Source: a virus
Taxonomy: Duplodnaviria; Caudoviricetes
Length of the DNA: 64,000 nt
Strand: one strand, 5' to 3'
Virus record (IMG/VR): IMGVR_UViG_3300021400_000252
In this document: one piece after another, positions 22,973-33,941 of the stretch
Position numbering within the stretch: position 1 is the first letter of the stretch
Layout of the letters: every line of letters starts with the position of its first letter
Notes under the pieces: generated by a model
What the model was told of the DNA's origin: nothing
The model's database searches: none
Seen by the model: the letters and a program-made list of their open reading frames with translations, nothing else
Translations under genes and position numbers: made by a program

Positions 22973-23890
22973 TTAGAAACCCCAATTGAAATTATTACGT
23001 CCACTATTATTAGTAGTTACTGTTGGGTTTGTTTGAGCAGGTTGTTGAACAGTTTGAGCTTGTTGAGCTTGTTGAACTTGAGTTTCTGTTTGAACTGCTT
23101 GTTGAGAAGCAGTATTTGGTTGAGAAGCTACATTTTGATTTACATTAGTTTGAGCTGTTTGAACTGTTTGTGGAGTTTGAGTTGCTTGGTTTGTTTGAGC
23201 TGGAGCACTAAACTTACCAGTTGCAATAAACTCTTCCATTTCTTCAGCTGTCTTTTCTACATATGTAAATCCTTTAGTTCTGAAGTTTGCAAATGCACTG
23301 AAATCCTTTGGAATAGATGTGTCTGGGAATACTTGAGGTAAAGCTACATCCATTTGATAAGTTGTCTTATCAGCAGTCTTAACCTTAGTTAATGTAAATA
23401 AGAAACTACTTAATGGAGCATTTCCTAAAGATACACGCTTAGCATCTAATTGATCAATGAATCCTGCATTTCTTTCCCAAATAGTTGGAACTGGTTCTGA
23501 TAAAGCTCCAGTTACTGGATCAATATAAGATACTAACATCTTAATATAAACCTTGATTTCTCTCTTCTTAATTACCTTGTGTCCACCTTCAGCTCTAGCT
23601 GCCTTACAGAATGGACAACCTTCATCTAAACACTTAATACTTGTAAATCTGTTCTTTAAACCTGTATAACCTTGACTTTGGAATACAGTACCATGAACTG
23701 TATTAAACTCAATGTCATCAACAGAATCAAATGCAAATCTTACTAATGCATTCTTAACATTACCTTCAAACTTTAAAAATCTAATACCAGGACCAGCATT
23801 ACCTGAATCACCGTTAGCTTGAGCAGCCTTTCTAGCTTCGTTTTCCTCTACCATTTTCTTGTATTGTGCATAAGTCTTAATTTCTGCCAT
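22973..23890 (-). CDS. gp32-like single-stranded DNA-binding protein
   Basis: H...C....CPFC zinc site, P.IWER, T.Y motif, Q/T-rich low-complexity tail; lies between primase and polymerase. Confidence 0.7.
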   Translation of the reverse strand: MAEIKTYAQYKKMVEENEARKAAQANGDSGNAGPGIRFLKFEGNVKNALVRFAFDSVDDIEFNTVHGTVFQSQGYTGLKNRFTSIKCLDEGCPFCKAARAEGGHKVIKKREIKVYIKMLVSYIDPVTGALSEPVPTIWERNAGFIDQLDAKRVSLGNAPLSSFLFTLTKVKTADKTTYQMDVALPQVFPDTSIPKDFSAFANFRTKGFTYVEKTAEEMEEFIATGKFSAPAQTNQATQTPQTVQTAQTNVNQNVASQPNTASQQAVQTETQVQQAQQAQTVQQPAQTNPTVTTNNSGRNNFNWGF

Positions 23891-23933
23891 AATTAATAAA
23901 ATATCTCCTTATAAATTTTTTGTTCACAATTAA

Positions 23934-24905
23934 TTATACAATGATAATTTGTGATTTTTTACGTTTTATCTCATTTGTACAATTATTTATAGCGTTCCAA
24001 AATTCTTCATAGTTTAATTCTCCGACATCTTTTTTGTCAAGAGGTAATTCTGGTTCATAAAAAATTATACTTTTAGATAAATTCTTTTTTAATGTCTCAG
24101 CAAATTCTCTACCATGAACATCATTATCGAACATAATATACAATGTTTTTATTCCTGATTCATTAATTTGTTCAATTTGTGATGGTGATAAATTTCCAAG
24201 TGTTGCACATCCTGGAATTCCAAATTGGCTTGCTTTTAAAGCATCAAATGGACCTTCAGTTATTACTGCTTTAGTTTCACCATCTCTTATAATATTATAT
24301 AATCCAAAAACAGGTTTCGGAACGTCCTTGTCTAGACAAAATGTTTTTCTATCTATCGAACGAGTGTGCAACATAACTAAATTACCTTTAATATCATAAC
24401 ATGGAAAAACTGCAAGTCTGTGTTCAGCATCATATTTAAGATTAAATCTTTTTGCAGTTTCTCTAGTAATACCTCTGGTTTTAAAATATGGTGTCCAATC
24501 CTTAAATTCTTTTAGAATATTTTCATCGATATAAGCTTGATACTTTGAATAATTATAATTTCGTTCAATATCGTCACCTATAATAAACTTCTCACTAGTT
24601 TTTACACCATATTTTTGAATTAACCATTGTTTTGCTTCTTCTTCAGAAGTCTCGAAGCAATGAGCCACAAATGTATAAAATGGTCCTTTACTTGAACAAG
24701 CAAAGCAGTGATACACTCCATCTGATTCTCTTATATAACAAGATGGTTTTTGTTCTCGACCATTATTATGCACTGGACACGTTACTTTAATTCCAGAGCC
24801 TGTTTTACGATATGAAGATAACTTGCCATTGTGAATTAATATTTTTATCTCATCTAATATTTCTATTATTGGTTTATCTATAACATAATTATCTACATAT
24901 ATCAT
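23934..24905 (-). CDS. dnaG: DNA primase (CHC2 zinc finger plus TOPRIM)
   Basis: CPVH...HCFAC, TEGPFDA, FDND..G, KDVGE. Confidence 0.92.
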   Translation of the reverse strand: MIYVDNYVIDKPIIEILDEIKILIHNGKLSSYRKTGSGIKVTCPVHNNGREQKPSCYIRESDGVYHCFACSSKGPFYTFVAHCFETSEEEAKQWLIQKYGVKTSEKFIIGDDIERNYNYSKYQAYIDENILKEFKDWTPYFKTRGITRETAKRFNLKYDAEHRLAVFPCYDIKGNLVMLHTRSIDRKTFCLDKDVPKPVFGLYNIIRDGETKAVITEGPFDALKASQFGIPGCATLGNLSPSQIEQINESGIKTLYIMFDNDVHGREFAETLKKNLSKSIIFYEPELPLDKKDVGELNYEEFWNAINNCTNEIKRKKSQIIIV

Positions 24906-24917
24906 AATAACACTCCA

Positions 24918-26255
24918 CTACCAAGGCATATCTTCACTACCGATTTCAAATTTCTCAATAGAAGCCTTTTCAGGAGAATAACTATCTTCAATAGACTGAT
25001 AATCTTCTTCAGTAGCGATAGTATCACCTTCAACTGGAATATAATTAAATGTTCCTACATTGAAATCGATTTGATATTTTAATTTATCTACTAATGCTCC
25101 ATCACGAGCTTTAGAAATATGAATTGTAAGAACTTTATCTTGCTTTTCTAACATTAAAATTGTTGTTCCATATTGACTGATCATATCAGAACCAGCAATT
25201 TGAGTAGTATTAGGGTCAGCTTTCTTACCATTTTCATCAGTAGAACCAGTTCTGTTCATTTGAGAAACTGAAATAATAGGAATTTGAGTTAGTACTTGAA
25301 GATTTTTAATATCTTTTGCAATATTTGCAATAGCTTCATATCTGTTCTTAGTTTTATATTTACTTTCATCTTCCATTAATGAATACTGGTCAATAAATAA
25401 AATATCTAGATTATACTTTTTAATAAATGCTCTTAAATCAGAAACAGTTGGATATCTTCCTAACATATCAGAAGTTAAAACTTTTAAAGTACAATTCATT
25501 CCTGGTAATGATTTAATATATTGTTCATATTCTTTTTGAATAAATAAATCACCACGATTAATACTTGTATTTTGAATATTACCAAACATTGTATCTACAC
25601 GAGCACCGATTTTATCTTGAGACATTTCTCCTTCATAAAATCCAACATTTAAACCTTGTCTAGATGCTTCAACTGCCATTTTAACTAGTAATTGTGTTTT
25701 ACCAATACCTGTTCTGGCTGCAATAACTAGATTTTCATTTTGTCTATCAATACCACCAATTGCTTGATCTAATTCTGGTAGACCAGTTGAAATATAATAT
25801 TTAGATTTATCCTTTGTTTTATCTAAATAATGATCATATCTAGATGTATCTTGGAATAAATCAACACAAGTTATACCAACATTATTTGAAGATAAGCTAT
25901 CATAAGCATTCTTAAATAACTTTTCAGCTTTTTCAGATTGACCACTCTCTAATAATGATTTCATTTCATTGAATTGAACTCTTAAAAACTCTGCTTTATA
26001 TTGTTTTGTTAGTTCAGAAACTAAGAATGAATCTGGTTCAGTTACTTCTGTAAACTGAAAGTCTGTAAAAATATTTTTAAACGTTAATTTATCTGGTACT
26101 CTATTATACTTTTCATAATGGTTTTTGATATACTCAAATTCAGCAGTATAATCAAAGAAATAATCTTTTGTTAAATTATTATTTATGATTATTGAATAAT
26201 CACCAGTCTCTAAAACTTTATTTAATATTTGAAATTGTGCGACAACATTCACCAT
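24918..26255 (-). CDS. dnaB: Replicative DnaB-like (SF4) helicase
   Basis: TGL.ELD, ARTGIGKT, EGEM, IDQYSLM, SQMNR, KARDG. Confidence 0.93.
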   Translation of the reverse strand: MVNVVAQFQILNKVLETGDYSIIINNNLTKDYFFDYTAEFEYIKNHYEKYNRVPDKLTFKNIFTDFQFTEVTEPDSFLVSELTKQYKAEFLRVQFNEMKSLLESGQSEKAEKLFKNAYDSLSSNNVGITCVDLFQDTSRYDHYLDKTKDKSKYYISTGLPELDQAIGGIDRQNENLVIAARTGIGKTQLLVKMAVEASRQGLNVGFYEGEMSQDKIGARVDTMFGNIQNTSINRGDLFIQKEYEQYIKSLPGMNCTLKVLTSDMLGRYPTVSDLRAFIKKYNLDILFIDQYSLMEDESKYKTKNRYEAIANIAKDIKNLQVLTQIPIISVSQMNRTGSTDENGKKADPNTTQIAGSDMISQYGTTILMLEKQDKVLTIHISKARDGALVDKLKYQIDFNVGTFNYIPVEGDTIATEEDYQSIEDSYSPEKASIEKFEIGSEDMPW

Positions 26256-26261
26256 ATTAAA

Positions 26262-26957
26262 CTATTCTTCTCCTTTCGCTAAAGCTAAATTACGTTTATC
26301 AGTTCCGAATAATTCAATATTTTCACTTAAATTACAAATTCTACTACATAAACGACTTCCTAAAGACACAATAGCTTCTTTAGGTGTTAAATTAGATGTG
26401 TATATATTTGACTTACCGTAAGAAATTCTATTATCAATTAAATTTAATAAATAATTTGCTTCAAAATCTGTACTAGGTTTTGCTGCAATATCATCCCAGA
26501 CAACTAAATCTGCTTCTAGAATGTTCTTTTTAATAAAATCTATATATTCATTTGGTTCATCAAAACTAGCTTTTAATTCGATTAAAAACTTTGGTACACT
26601 AATAAACATTGCACGACATTTAGTATCAGATTTTAACCAAATCTTATTAAAGAAAGATTGAATTAATCTTATAGACCAACTTGTTTTTCCATTACCAGAT
26701 ATTTTAGAATATAAATATAATGAACGTCCATCATTAATAAAATCTAAAATATTGTCTGAAATACTTGCTAAACGTTTGTAAGCATCTAAATCTTTTCTAT
26801 CTAATGGACTATCTCCAATAAGAGTTAATTCAATATGATTCTTTTGTCGTTCTGTTAATAACGAATAGTCATAAAGAACATCTGTCTTAAATTTTCTAAG
26901 ACAGAATTCTTTATCACAATCTTTGTGACTACAGTTATTATATAAATAACACTTCAC
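26262..26957 (-). CDS. DnaC/DnaI-like helicase loader AAA+ ATPase
   Basis: N-terminal Cys cluster, SGNGKTS, VWDDI, TSN, R..SRI. Confidence 0.85.
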   Translation of the reverse strand: MKCYLYNNCSHKDCDKEFCLRKFKTDVLYDYSLLTERQKNHIELTLIGDSPLDRKDLDAYKRLASISDNILDFINDGRSLYLYSKISGNGKTSWSIRLIQSFFNKIWLKSDTKCRAMFISVPKFLIELKASFDEPNEYIDFIKKNILEADLVVWDDIAAKPSTDFEANYLLNLIDNRISYGKSNIYTSNLTPKEAIVSLGSRLCSRICNLSENIELFGTDKRNLALAKGEE

Positions 26958-26973
26958 AACAATACCTCCTAAA

Positions 26974-27525
26974 TTAATTTAGTCCAGTACTTCCAAATCC
27001 ACCATCGCCTCTTGAAGACTTTTCAGTAAAGAACTCATCTGGAGTTAATCCAGAATAAACTTTTGCGCCATTACCAATCTTTACTTCTACCATTTGCATG
27101 ATTTTTTCATCACATTTAATTGTTTGATACTCATCTGAAGTATTAATTACATGATAATGAATTATTCCTTGATAAGAATAATCAATAATACAAGCTCCAA
27201 CAACTAATTTCTTCTTAGTTGCGATACCAGACTTATTAAAATCGATTAAAGCTGAATCACTTGGAATCTTCATATATAATCCAGATGGGATTAATAAATC
27301 AGAATGTGGTGCAATAGTAATTTCACCAGTGGCTAAAGTAAAATAAGAAGTATTATCTGGTACTTCACTAGCCTCATTTAGAAATAATTTTGGATTTTTC
27401 TCAAATAACTTTGCTCTAAATTCCTTAGTGTTAGCAGGAATAAAGCCATCTATACCAGCATTAGCTGGAAATTCGAACTTAGGTTCCTTAACTTGATATT
27501 CATTTGTTAATAAAAATTCTACCAT
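26974..27525 (-). CDS. dut: Trimeric dUTPase
   Basis: AGID, KSG, IIDYSYQG, Q, RGDGGFGSTG; GAAAGGA RBS before ATG 27525. Confidence 0.92.
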   Translation of the reverse strand: MVEFLLTNEYQVKEPKFEFPANAGIDGFIPANTKEFRAKLFEKNPKLFLNEASEVPDNTSYFTLATGEITIAPHSDLLIPSGLYMKIPSDSALIDFNKSGIATKKKLVVGACIIDYSYQGIIHYHVINTSDEYQTIKCDEKIMQMVEVKIGNGAKVYSGLTPDEFFTEKSSRGDGGFGSTGLN

Positions 27526-27571
27526 ATTAAATCCTTTCATATTTTATTTTAATATACATTAAATAATACAA

Positions 27572-27608
27572 TAAAAAAACCACTACTTAAGAAAATAGTG
27601 GTAATTTT
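27572..27608 (-). terminator. Probable terminator after the 27621..29228 gene
   Basis: accacta...tagtggt stem followed by a T-run on the minus strand. Confidence 0.55.
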
Positions 27609-27620
27609 TAATTTAAAATA

Positions 27621-29228
27621 TTAAAATTGATCTAAATAACCTTTGCTTAAATCTTTTTCTAATTCGTAATCTGTATTATCTAAATCTTCATTAATTAAAT
27701 CATCAAAAATAAAATCATAATTAGGTTTTTTACCTAGCTCTTCTAAGAATTTAGAACGATAAAACATTTTAATTGAATCTATAATATCTTGAGCTGTATA
27801 ACCATCTCAAGCTTTATAGACTTTACTTTGTTCTGTTTGAGTACTTACTTGAACTTCTCGTGACTTATTTAAAACTTGTTCTAGCCAATGTTCTAAAACA
27901 TTATATTGAGTAGTTGTTAAATTATTATTAGGAAGTACACAGTAAGGAAGGATCCAAGAATCTTTACCACCACGACGTCTAATACGAACACAATTTATTG
28001 CATCCATAAACTGACTTCCATCACCATAGTCTAATTCATTAAGTTTTTGTCCATCTTTTAAACTAATATATCCAGCTCTAATTAAATATTTATCTATATC
28101 TGTGTGATTTTGTGTTTTAATTATAGTACCATCTGGCATTATATAGAAACCACCAGTAGTAATATCTCCATTATAACCATAGAAAGACTTAATTTTATCA
28201 ATACAATCATCTTGATTTGCTAAAGCTTTAGATATATCTAACTTATTCCAATATTCTTCTGTTAAATCTTCTAAATCATTATTTTTAGAAATATTTTCTT
28301 CAGTTTTACCTTTATATTTAATGTCATAAACATCAGACACTTTATACATTCCTAAAAGGTCTGTATCTTTAACTTCATCTGGGTTTTTTAGTTCAAATTT
28401 TAGAATTGATCTATAGATATTTTCTTTTTCAGCCTCAGCGACCTGTTCAATTTGATTAATTTTTTGTTTTATATCTAAGTCAGGACATTCGAAAAAATTT
28501 TTCCAAGAATAGCCAGTTCCATTTTCATTCTGTAATGCGCATCTTCAAACTAAAGTAAATGGATTACTCTTACTATCTTTTAATATAAATCCTAAAGTAA
28601 CAATTACGTCATTTTTTAAGTTAGTTTTACTACTTAATGCACGTAAATGCATTGGTAATTTAGTTGCTTTGAGGTCGGCTTTATTTCCAACCATCTTAAC
28701 TTCAACTCATAATCTTCTCGTTTCATTTTTTATTGTATCTGTATCAACAAAAACTAGATCTGGAACACCATAAGTTTTTGTGTTTCCAAAAGTTGTATGA
28801 GTATTGTTTTTTGAATCATTATCTAAGTTTGAATCAGAATTTGGATTTGTTAATTGATTATAAACAGCATCTCCATAAAAACATTTTCCTAAAGAACTTA
28901 GTTTAGTTTCAAAAGCATTTAATAATTTTGATTCGACGATATAAGCGTTATATAAAAATTGAAAACGTTTCCACCATTCCATATTATTAAATGGAGGTCT
29001 ATTTGGGATTGTTTGAGCAAGTGTTTTTATCTTTTTTGCTATTTCTTCAGGAACTTGCATTAAATCATGTCCAGATTTTGTTCGAGAAGCTGGATTTTCA
29101 CTCGATCCAGTCCATGCAAATTCGCCATTTTTAAAAATAGCTTCAAATGCATTAAAAACGTCTTCATATTTTAGTAATTGATCATCTAAAAAATCACTTG
29201 TATTTTCTTCTTGTTCTACAAATTTCAT
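27621..29228 (-). CDS. 535-aa protein with an N-terminal PD-(D/E)XK nuclease-like domain (joins two track ORFs through TGA at 28707, 28545 and 27807)
   Basis: Single continuous frame; readthrough creates PDLVF...RL-W-VEVK; TGCTAAATTA motif upstream. Confidence 0.7.
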
Positions 29229-29278
29229 AATAGTATCTCGCGATCTATAAAATATAATATGTATATAATTTAGCAAAA

Positions 29279-29303
29279 TAAAAAAGAGGCATTAAGCCTC
29301 TTT
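29279..29303 (-). terminator. Intrinsic terminator after the U32 gene
   Basis: aaagaggc-attaa-gcctcttt stem followed by TTTTTTATTTT on the minus strand. Confidence 0.7.
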
Positions 29304-30380
29304 AATATGTTCATCGAAGAACTTATGGCAATAAGTACAAGTCTCACCACATACATAATCATCACAATTATGTTCTGTATTAATGAAGAAATCAATAAAA
29401 CCATCTAATTTCTTATTATCGATATAGAATAATGGATCATGTTCAGCCTCAGTCTTTCCATCTGTAATAGATTCAAGTGGCTTCCATAATTCAATCAAAT
29501 TACCTTCAAAGTTCTCAGTAATATATGCTCTTGCAATCTTAGTAATATATTCAGTTGTTCCAGTTCTACCAGTTACTTTAAAGTGATTAATTCCAATTGC
29601 ATGATACTTCTTAATATCTTCTGGTCTAATCCAACGAGAACGAATCCAAGTTACAATATCCTTAGATCTAGATTGAGTACAGAATTTCATTGGATATTCA
29701 TCTAATAACATCGCATCTTCTCTAGTATGGTTAGTTGCATGACACATATAACAAGAATCTCTATAAATACAATGTGTTGTATAACCATTACCAGCAACAG
29801 CACAGAATTCATTTGCCATTAATTCAAAGATAATATTATTCTTATTACAATAGTCTGCAGCAGCCTTTAAGAATTTAAAGTTTCTATTCTTATTTAAATT
29901 ACAACAGAACTTATTTACTTTGTAAACATCATGGTAATACTTAATTTGAGTTACAGCATCAATATGAGCAATTGTAGATAATTCAATTTCAATATTTGAA
30001 TGAGCTTTATTTCTAATAATCTCAAGCATAATTGGATTAGCAATAGTGATTCTATAAACACCAATTCTCTCTAACCAATGTACAAAATCAATAATTTCTT
30101 GTTCATGATAAGCAATTTGAACTTTAGAACCGTAAGGATAAATTGAATTCATAGTATAATTAAAATTAATACCATTTTCCTTTGCTTTCTTTACGAATTC
30201 TTCAAAATATTCAGCTGAAATATCTTGTACTCTAAATTCAGGTCTTGCAGTTAAAGCTGCATGAGCTCTATCACTACCATAAACTTCTGTAATTTGAACT
30301 TCTGGATTAATCTTATTTAATTCAATAATTTCATCTAATAACTTCATGTCGAAGTTGCATCCTAGTTTATATTCTATCAT
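29292..30380 (-). CDS. Peptidase U32 family Fe-S protein (probable O2-independent hydroxylase)
   Basis: ELSTI, ANEFC...HCIYRDSCY, WIRPED, FKVTGRT, C-terminal C....CG..C.YC. Confidence 0.85.
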   Translation of the reverse strand: MIEYKLGCNFDMKLLDEIIELNKINPEVQITEVYGSDRAHAALTARPEFRVQDISAEYFEEFVKKAKENGINFNYTMNSIYPYGSKVQIAYHEQEIIDFVHWLERIGVYRITIANPIMLEIIRNKAHSNIEIELSTIAHIDAVTQIKYYHDVYKVNKFCCNLNKNRNFKFLKAAADYCNKNNIIFELMANEFCAVAGNGYTTHCIYRDSCYMCHATNHTREDAMLLDEYPMKFCTQSRSKDIVTWIRSRWIRPEDIKKYHAIGINHFKVTGRTGTTEYITKIARAYITENFEGNLIELWKPLESITDGKTEAEHDPLFYIDNKKLDGFIDFFINTEHNCDDYVCGETCTYCHKFFDEHIKEA

Positions 30381-30423
30381 GTTTTACACCTCATTTTAAT
30401 TTATATTATATTATACATTACTT

Positions 30424-31899
30424 TTAAATAGATTTTAAAGCATCTTTTATCATTTTTAATCCAAATTGATAAGAAATATTAACTTTCATAATGTTATCTG
30501 CAATATATGAAGCTAAACAAATCCAAATAACACCAACGACTAATTTATTAAATGGATCTAATGAATAATCAACTAATGGTTTTGGTTTTGAATAATTATT
30601 TTTATCAAAATAAATATAATTTATATTTGCATTAAAATGATCATAACCACTTATACAATAATAAACTTTAGCTAGTTCATAAAATAACGGACCAGAGCCA
30701 ATAGTATGTCCAAAATAAGCTCTTGGATCGATAAACTTGAACGTATCTCCATTAATCATAGTATTTGAACCATTCAAATCTCCGTGGAAAGCTTGATAAT
30801 AATTCTTTGTAGTGTCTTGACTTGAAAAATATCCATTAATTCGGTCGAAACTTTTATTGATTGTATCAATAAAATCTTTTTCATCAAAATCTAATAACAT
30901 ATCTTTAATTGAATTTATTCTTGTTAAAACTTTATCATAAAATTCAACTTTAATATCTTCATAAATAGTTTTTGGAGTTTGAGGACACTTTGGACTAATT
31001 TTATAAATTTGATTTAGTTTATCAATTAAAACATTAACTAAATATTCATTTGATGGATTTAATACTTTGTAAAAATTATTATAACCGTTTAAAAATTCTA
31101 CAGTTAATGAATCATCAGTATTTGAAATTAATTTAGGTGCAATACCATAATCCTTAACTTTATTATACCAAGTAACTTCTTTCTTAATTAAATGAGCATG
31201 AGATTTATCCGAAGTTTTTGTAATAGTATTATTTTCTTTATCTATTGTAAATGTATTAAAATATCTACCTTTAGCTTCAGAATCTTCTTGAGCACCTAAT
31301 TCGTTTAAATAAGTTTCTTTATCTCTTAATTCTAATAAATTAGATTTAATTGGTTTAGCTTTATAATCTAAATCTTTAAATAGCTCAACAAAATCACTAT
31401 ATTCTTTGTTTTCTACAATTGATGATTTATCTTTAATAAAATAAACACCTGGAACATTTCCATCAGTACCACAATTAATTAAGTTATTTGTCTTAGCTAG
31501 ATATCTATAATTACCTTGCTTTGTAAAGATAATATTAGTTGTTAATCTACTAACTTCAATCTTTTCATCTAAGATAATATCGGACCATAAAAATAATAGA
31601 TTAGAATTTGGTAATTGATCTAAGACACTATAAATAGTTTTAAATGAGTTTGTATGGTCAAAACTTTCAATACAAGTAATATTTAGATCATTTGCTTTAA
31701 TATAATTTAAGACTTGTTTATAAAATTTAGTATCAACGATTACATATCGATTATAATCATCAAATAATGAATATGAATTTTTTAAACAAGTTGTTGTTTC
31801 ATTATTTAAAATAAATGGTAAGATAACTTTTGAAAAGTTACTCAATTCTTTATATCGAGTGTTTAGTCCACCAGCAACAATAATTAAATTCTTTTCCAC
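30424..31899 (-). CDS. Sugar nucleotidyltransferase fused to an APH/choline-kinase-like domain
   Basis: IIVAGGLNTR...SK, WSD; C-terminal HGDLNGSN and FIDPR..FG. Confidence 0.8.
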   Translation of the reverse strand: MEKNLIIVAGGLNTRYKELSNFSKVILPFILNNETTTCLKNSYSLFDDYNRYVIVDTKFYKQVLNYIKANDLNITCIESFDHTNSFKTIYSVLDQLPNSNLLFLWSDIILDEKIEVSRLTTNIIFTKQGNYRYLAKTNNLINCGTDGNVPGVYFIKDKSSIVENKEYSDFVELFKDLDYKAKPIKSNLLELRDKETYLNELGAQEDSEAKGRYFNTFTIDKENNTITKTSDKSHAHLIKKEVTWYNKVKDYGIAPKLISNTDDSLTVEFLNGYNNFYKVLNPSNEYLVNVLIDKLNQIYKISPKCPQTPKTIYEDIKVEFYDKVLTRINSIKDMLLDFDEKDFIDTINKSFDRINGYFSSQDTTKNYYQAFHGDLNGSNTMINGDTFKFIDPRAYFGHTIGSGPLFYELAKVYYCISGYDHFNANINYIYFDKNNYSKPKPLVDYSLDPFNKLVVGVIWICLASYIADNIMKVNISYQFGLKMIKDALKSI

Positions 31900-31901
31900 T
31901 A

Positions 31902-32447
31902 CTATCGTTCTCCTTTCAATATTTTATTTAATTCTGTAAGTTCTTCTTTAAAAGAACGTTTTGGATTATAAAAGATTGCAGTCTTCATTGTAGTATTAAA
32001 TAATGAATTTTGATATAAATAATTAATCTTTTCAAATTCATCTTTTGAATATTCTACTTCACACTTTAAAAACTTACAACGAGTTAAATAATCTTCATAA
32101 GATTTATATAAAAAGATAATTTGATAAATATCATATTTTTTAGGCAAAACTTGTAGTGGATAATCAACTGACATAGTTCTATTAAATAATGAAGAATAAA
32201 CAAAATCTGATGTAAATAATCTTGCCATAATAATATTAGAATCAAAACTCATTAATTCATCAGCTTGTCCTTTAAGAAAAGAAACTAACCAAGCTTTGAA
32301 CTCCTCTTTGTTTCTATATTGAGGTGGATTATTCTTTTGAATATATACTTTTAAGCCTTCTATTTCTTTTTCTTCAACTTTCTTTAAAAAAGTGTCTTTA
32401 CCAATACGATCAAAGCCTTCAACAATGATTAGTTTCTTCTTTTCCAT
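31902..32447 (-). CDS. Thymidylate-kinase-like dNMP kinase
   Basis: IIVEGFDRIGKDT P-loop; R...S..VY. Confidence 0.8.
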   Translation of the reverse strand: MEKKKLIIVEGFDRIGKDTFLKKVEEKEIEGLKVYIQKNNPPQYRNKEEFKAWLVSFLKGQADELMSFDSNIIMARLFTSDFVYSSLFNRTMSVDYPLQVLPKKYDIYQIIFLYKSYEDYLTRCKFLKCEVEYSKDEFEKINYLYQNSLFNTTMKTAIFYNPKRSFKEELTELNKILKGER

Positions 32448-32448
32448 A

Positions 32449-33000
32449 TTAATCCTCCATTTGTTCTATCTTAATTTCAATATCTCGAATACGTTTAACA
32501 CATTCGTCATACTTAATCTTAGCTTTTTTAGCGAAATAATTATTACCTAAAGTCACTTCAGTTATACAAAATAGACAACTAGATAACATATCACAAAGAT
32601 ATACAATTAATGACTCTAAAGTCTCTCTATTATTATATTCATCTATAAGTTCTCTAGAACCTGGAAAGAAATTCTTATCATAAAATTCAATATACTTTGA
32701 ATCTAGTTGATCAAAGAATGGTTGAATTTCTGGATTTTCTTGTTTAATATGGAATGGGAAATCACTAATAAAACTTTCTGGTAAATCGTGAATTATTGCC
32801 ATCTTCATTGCTTTATCTACATCAAAATTATAATAATTAGATAAATACATAACAAATAAAGTTACGTAAAAAGAATGAGATGATACAGATTCGTCATGAA
32901 CGTGATATTCAGTTGAAAATCTATTCATTTGATTTAACTTATAAGCTTTTTCAAAATGTTCAAAACATTCATCTAAATTAAAATTTTTTATCTTAACCAT
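32449..33000 (-). CDS. HD-domain 5'-deoxynucleotidase/dNTPase (YfbR-like)
   Basis: R.....ESVSSHSF.V, IIHDLPE...SD, D motif. Confidence 0.85.
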   Translation of the reverse strand: MVKIKNFNLDECFEHFEKAYKLNQMNRFSTEYHVHDESVSSHSFYVTLFVMYLSNYYNFDVDKAMKMAIIHDLPESFISDFPFHIKQENPEIQPFFDQLDSKYIEFYDKNFFPGSRELIDEYNNRETLESLIVYLCDMLSSCLFCITEVTLGNNYFAKKAKIKYDECVKRIRDIEIKIEQMED

Positions 33001-33941
33001 TTTTCTAATGCACCTTCTAACTCATCAATGTTCTTAATATATAATACATTGTCTAACTTTAAAATATGTTGTTTAAACATAACTAATTTACAATCAAAAT
33101 GCTTAAATTCAAAAATACTCATATGCATAATCTCATCAATATCTTCAAGCATTGGAATAATAGGTTTAGATTTTAAAATAGTATTATAAACATCTCGGTC
33201 TGAACTTACGCGTTTATATAAAGTAGAATCAGTTAAAATTCCACTATCATTAACGTCAGTATAAAGTACTGTAAAATTATACTTTTTAGATAAATGTTCT
33301 AAAGCAGTCTTAATTTCTGGGATATGATATCCTGAATCAGATAATCTAAATGGTAAGAAAATTGTTTTCTTTTCTTCCATAACATCAAATAGATCAGAGT
33401 CAACATACCCACGTTCATAAAATTCTAATTGAGATTTTGTTGCATAGAAAGTAATGCACTTCTCACAAATTTCAAAATTAATCTTATCATATTCTTTTAC
33501 AAATGGAACATCTTTATTTATAGTTGTTGAAACTAAATTCCAGAAGATAATTTTACGAGATAATTCTGGTTTAGTTCTTAATAAATTTAAACAAAGATAA
33601 TTTGGTTCTACAACGATATAATCAAAATCGTCATAAGGTAAATTTGGAATTGCTTCATTAGTTCGAGTCTCTTTAGCATTTATTCCATAAAAATCGATAA
33701 ACTCAAAATTAATATTAAGATTTAATCTAGAACAAAAAGCATTTAAATCTTGAATTGAATTAATTGTTGAATTCTTTGGTAAAGTTACAGTTGCTTGACA
33801 ATTGCTCTTTTTAATCTTATATAAAACTCGATTAATATTACCATCAGCAAACACATTATAAAAATTTGTTTCATAACTGCGCATTGAAACAATTGGAATG
33901 AATAGGACGCGCTTGTCCTTAATTAAATGATCTAATTTCAT
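32988..33941 (-). CDS. Putative glycosyltransferase-like protein, first gene of the modification operon
   Basis: Two Rossmann-like halves (VLFIPIVS..; IFLPFRLSD; H.SIFE); operon context; fold inferred. Confidence 0.4.
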   Translation of the reverse strand: MKLDHLIKDKRVLFIPIVSMRSYETNFYNVFADGNINRVLYKIKKSNCQATVTLPKNSTINSIQDLNAFCSRLNLNINFEFIDFYGINAKETRTNEAIPNLPYDDFDYIVVEPNYLCLNLLRTKPELSRKIIFWNLVSTTINKDVPFVKEYDKINFEICEKCITFYATKSQLEFYERGYVDSDLFDVMEEKKTIFLPFRLSDSGYHIPEIKTALEHLSKKYNFTVLYTDVNDSGILTDSTLYKRVSSDRDVYNTILKSKPIIPMLEDIDEIMHMSIFEFKHFDCKLVMFKQHILKLDNVLYIKNIDELEGALEKWLR

